From Takakia lepidozioides (taxonomy: Eukaryota > Plantae > Bryophyta), in contig JAKLZA010000054.1 in the NCBI GenBank assembly GCA_030704615.1, positions 1-25,000 on the forward strand: a stretch of 25,000 nt of DNA, in the 5' to 3' direction. Positions 21,633 to 25,000 of the stretch are shown in pieces. The stretch's first letter is position 1. Each line of letters begins with the position of its first letter. Made by a program: the position numbers and the translations under genes. Under the pieces are notes generated by a model. That model had not been told where the DNA came from. It saw only the letters and a program-made list of their open reading frames with translations, and did no database searches.

Positions 21633-22595
21633 TTAAGTTCTGATTGTTGAAGGAAACAAGACTCTATCCTGATAAAGCAAACCAACATGGTCAGCATCTA
21701 TTGGGCTCCTCAAGTTCATTCCTAATGTCCAGATCGGGTGTATTATCCTTCCGTGGGCATACAGCAACTGATCAAAGTACATCTTGTAACGAGGACTGCC
21801 TATCAAGTCCGCCACTTTGTCCATGGAGGCAAGAAAGAGGTCAGCTTTCCATTTGGTGAACCCAAATGCATGTGCACCAGTACCACTGCACTTGGAACCT
21901 AAATGCACATCAAATAATACCACCGTCGTGACATCTGAGCAATGCACAGGACCGGTGATTCCTAAGTACACCATGCCGTCCCCTGCAGCAACAGCCATGC
22001 CATTTGCTAGCACAATTTGAGCTGCTTCCGATGTCAAGGAGGGGTGTAATTTAATATCGTCCTCAAAGAAAAACCTCCAAGAATTGTCATCGCACCTCTT
22101 GTCATTCACAAAGCGCTGCATCACATCCGTGAAGGCAATGCGGTTGGAGTGTACCTTCAAGTACCCCTCACTGTCATAAGCTTTCGAGCCAGCTTTAAGC
22201 TTCTTCAAGCCACTGCTAACTGCTGCTGATTTGAAGAAGAGGGGTTTGTGCCGAGAAACCACAAAATTCAATTTGTCCAGTACAGCTTTTGTATGATTGT
22301 AACGTGTGTCAATCATGCTTAGAACTACTCCTTGAAGAAGAGTGTCTTGAAGATTGATTGGAAGAGCTTTTGTATCATTTGTTGTATGATTGAAGCCACG
22401 TGAATGATCTGTTATCCTTGTCACTACTCCTTCGAGGCGTTCTCCAAATATAGATGGTAGGACGCCCTCAGAAGGCGGAGAAATACCGCCACCTTGTAGA
22501 AGATTATATGTAGCAATCACACAAAAGTAAAGTACCAGCCCTGCTAGAATAACCCCTTGCAATACGATACGCAGGCTCAACGATGCTGGAAGCAT
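21633..22595 (-). CDS. Type II membrane protein with intronless CDS, putative GT25-like glycosyltransferase, paralog 2 (320 aa)
   Basis: Uninterrupted ORF. Shares identical blocks with paralog 1 (CDDNSWRFFFEDDI, AAGDGMVYLGITGPV, VVLFDVHLGS.CSGTGAHAFGFTKWKA, HPIWTLG.NLRSPI, GLLYQDR) despite many synonymous changes. Confidence 0.75.
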   Translation of the reverse strand: MLPASLSLRIVLQGVILAGLVLYFCVIATYNLLQGGGISPPSEGVLPSIFGERLEGVVTRITDHSRGFNHTTNDTKALPINLQDTLLQGVVLSMIDTRYNHTKAVLDKLNFVVSRHKPLFFKSAAVSSGLKKLKAGSKAYDSEGYLKVHSNRIAFTDVMQRFVNDKRCDDNSWRFFFEDDIKLHPSLTSEAAQIVLANGMAVAAGDGMVYLGITGPVHCSDVTTVVLFDVHLGSKCSGTGAHAFGFTKWKADLFLASMDKVADLIGSPRYKMYFDQLLYAHGRIIHPIWTLGMNLRSPIDADHVGLLYQDRVLFPSTIRT

Positions 22596-23430
22596 GGCGA
22601 TCTAAGGATGGCCGGGTTTGTAGGCATGACCAGTGTCGAAGTGCATAACTCGAGGTACCTACACCCCTGTGATATGTACAAAGCTATCAAGATTCATGTC
22701 AATGACCAGCCCCAGAGCCTGACCTCAGTGATAATAGCTGCAGGCCTCACAAAAGTTCATTTGACAAGAGGCTTCAAAATTCCCCGCAAATCTCAGATAT
22801 CCAAGGTTAGAAATGAACTCACAGGTACGAAAGAAGTGCTTCATTTGTGATCTGAGGTGACCTCACGAACTATGATCTGCCTCCATTGCGGTGGAATATA
22901 TTGGAATGAAGATTATGATGTGCAATCTGAACAGGCAAAATCCTTGTAGTTAACATGTACAAGGGTCTGAAAGACAATCGAGCCGTACTTGGCTACATGC
23001 CGGGGGAATACATCAATTAAACAAGCGCATAACTGCGAACCGATAGGGAGAGGTTCAGATCTACATGTATGGCTTACTTGCGGCCAGCGTCACTGTGCTG
23101 CGTTCCTTCCATCAGATCCCTTAGTCCATCACCTGCAATTTAATTCAAGAATTAAGACCTTCGAGTCCAACATGATAATTATCTGGACCAAATAGTTTCT
23201 CTTCCTGCAGCCCTGGAGATCTGTCCGGATTACACATTCAGAAATCACGTGGAAAAAATTTCAGGGCCTCCCCCCTTGGTCTTCATGGAATACCAAGAAC
23301 CGTACCTGTTCAAGCCCATTGGCGCAGATCCTCGAGAATGGGACAGTCTCTTTGTCTTTTTAGCACAGATGCTATCGCTGGCACTTTTGAATCACTTCGT
23401 TCCCTTGTCTCTCTCTCTCGGCCACACTCG

Positions 23431-23454
23431 TTTCATTTCATTTCATTTCATTTC
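23431..23454 (+). repeat. (TTTCA)n pentamer run, same unit as the LINE tail
   Basis: TTTCATTTCATTTCATTTCATTTC read directly. The upstream sequence does not match the 3'UTR of copies A-D. Confidence 0.8.
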
Positions 23455-23739
23455 TCTGGGTACTCTCACCGGAGAGACACCTCTTTTGAAAATCGATCTG
23501 CCTATACCTCTGTTTACCAACTTTGAAAGTCTCGAGGCTGAGCCAAAAGCCCAGGCCCATTTGGGGCCTAGTTATTGGGCAGATCACACACAACAGATTG
23601 ATGCTTGTGTAAAGTTGTTGTAACCCTCCAAAGCTTTTATTTACAAACTGACATGAGGTAACTGTACAAAGTATGGAAAGTTCCCATAGCAAGGGAAGAG
23701 TTAACATAAAGAAATGAAAAAGAAAGCATATCAAGCTAA

Positions 23740-25000
23740 TCAAACCAAATGATCATCCCATCCAACTGCCTGAATGACATCCGACAAAGAAATGGGTGTG
23801 ACATTGGGAAAAGCAGGAAGATGAGACGAAGCCATGCCATCCACAGCGAGTGGAAGGAACGCATCTGTGGGATGACGGTCTTGATAGTCTCGTTGCTTGG
23901 TTTGTGCAACAATCAAAGCGACAATGCCTTGGAAAGAGGCCGAGCGAGAAAGTAAGTCGGATCGAGTGGGATCGGCAATAACAACATCCGCAAGGGTGCG
24001 CAAACCATCTCGAGATAGGACAATGTCGACTCGCCGACAAGTGGACTGAGACGTACGAGAAGGAAGCATGTGAGTTTGCTCCTGCAATACATGGAATCCA
24101 GCCTCTCGAGCAACAGAGGCGATGGCGTCCCGCACAACATCATGGGTCGCTGTACGATCTCCTCCACATGGACAACGAAGGAGAGGAACAGCAAGTGGAT
24201 CAATGGGTTGGTGACAAACACAGCGCTGTAAGCCAAGCACAGAAGGATGTGGTAAGCCAAGACGAATGCGGAGAGCCGTGGCAAAGATTGGAGATGACAA
24301 GCGAAACGGTGTGATAATGGGTCTTACGATAAGCCACGCACCCGCCTCTGGTCCCGCGCAAAATAAGAGCCTGGCACGATGCACATTAGAATATGCATCA
24401 GAAAGCATGCTAGAAAAAGTTTGTTGGTGCACGCGATCCACGATGGTCTCCTAGAGATGGTCCAAGCCCCGAGTAACCAGCTGCTCAAATGGCGGAAGGC
24501 AAGCCGGCACTGATGGATGAAGAAGGTCCCCGTGCAGATCGGAGATGTTGTTGGAATGAGGGTGAACCGTTATCCATGTGAGCAATCCATGAGTAGGGGT
24601 TGTTGGTCGCATAGAAATCGGGACACAAGGGCTGGAGCAACTAGAGCCCAACTGCCGAGGAAAGCACAAGGAGCAGTGGTGGCAGTGGAGAGTAGACCCA
24701 CTCCGCCAGTGGACAAAGGTAAGGTGGCTTGTTGCCGAGGTAATCCCCTTGGGAACCATCCATAGCACTGGCCCCAGTAAACGACCAAAAACCCCCATAA
24801 TGTGAGCATCAAACTGCGACAAGGACAGCAAGAATTCAGCGGTAGGTGGAAAAGACCGTAAAAGGTACGATGGTCGTTGAATGAAACACCTTGTGAGAAT
24901 ACCATAGGCGACCTGTAAAGGGATTTGTATAGGATATCTGGAAAACTCGGATAAATTATCTGTTTCAGGGTAAGTCATACTACCGGCGTCAGCCCTTGCC
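23740..25000 (-). mobile_element. Degenerate CRE-like non-LTR retrotransposon (post-RT region, zinc finger, restriction-like endonuclease), continues beyond the window
   Basis: Frameshifted pieces: QATLPLSTGGVGL...AFLGSWALVAP (24570-24905); AGAWL..P...F.TALRIRLGLPHP, CVC..IDP...LLRC..GG.RTATHD.VRD, E......RRVDIV...G..TLADVVIADP...K...Y, FLPLAV (23740-24441). This motif order matches RLE-bearing CRE-clade elements. Confidence 0.8.

Noticed and set aside
18926-22595. GT25-like ORFs as bacterial contamination
   Set aside because: They are embedded among plant genes and LINEs, and have eukaryotic signal anchors, Kozak-like starts and conserved splice-acceptor positions.
1-25000. tRNA, rRNA or snRNA genes
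   Set aside because: None recognised by eye; a covariance-model search (tRNAscan-SE, Infernal/Rfam) would be needed to exclude small ncRNAs.

Overview
Eukaryotic, gene-dense land-plant DNA. A seed-free lineage such as a fern is plausible, but that is inference only. Six protein-coding genes can be modelled by hand: a 9-exon F-box/WD40 gene (+, 862-5228, with one GC-AG intron), a 7-exon plastid-type double-domain DJ-1/PfpI gene (-, 9548-6083), a FAM32A/DUF1754-like gene (-, 12556-12125), a 2-exon core-2/I-branching (GT14-like/DUF266/BC10-type) glycosyltransferase (+, 15634-17428), and two tandem paralogous type II membrane proteins with intronless CDSs (-, 19894-18926 and 22595-21633). These two paralogs carry GT25-family (Lex1/LgtB/COLGALT-like) motifs, a family I do not know from angiosperm models. 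Mobile DNA comprises four 5'-truncated copies of one LINE with (ATTTC)n tails stacked in pairs, a double-hairpin non-autonomous element in a DJ-1 intron, and a degenerate CRE-like RLE retrotransposon at the right edge. The best novelty candidate is the duplicated, apparently domesticated GT25-like pair (possible horizontal acquisition, with a signal anchor and a conserved 5'UTR intron) next to a GT14-like gene. Family assignments come from motif recognition, not database searches.
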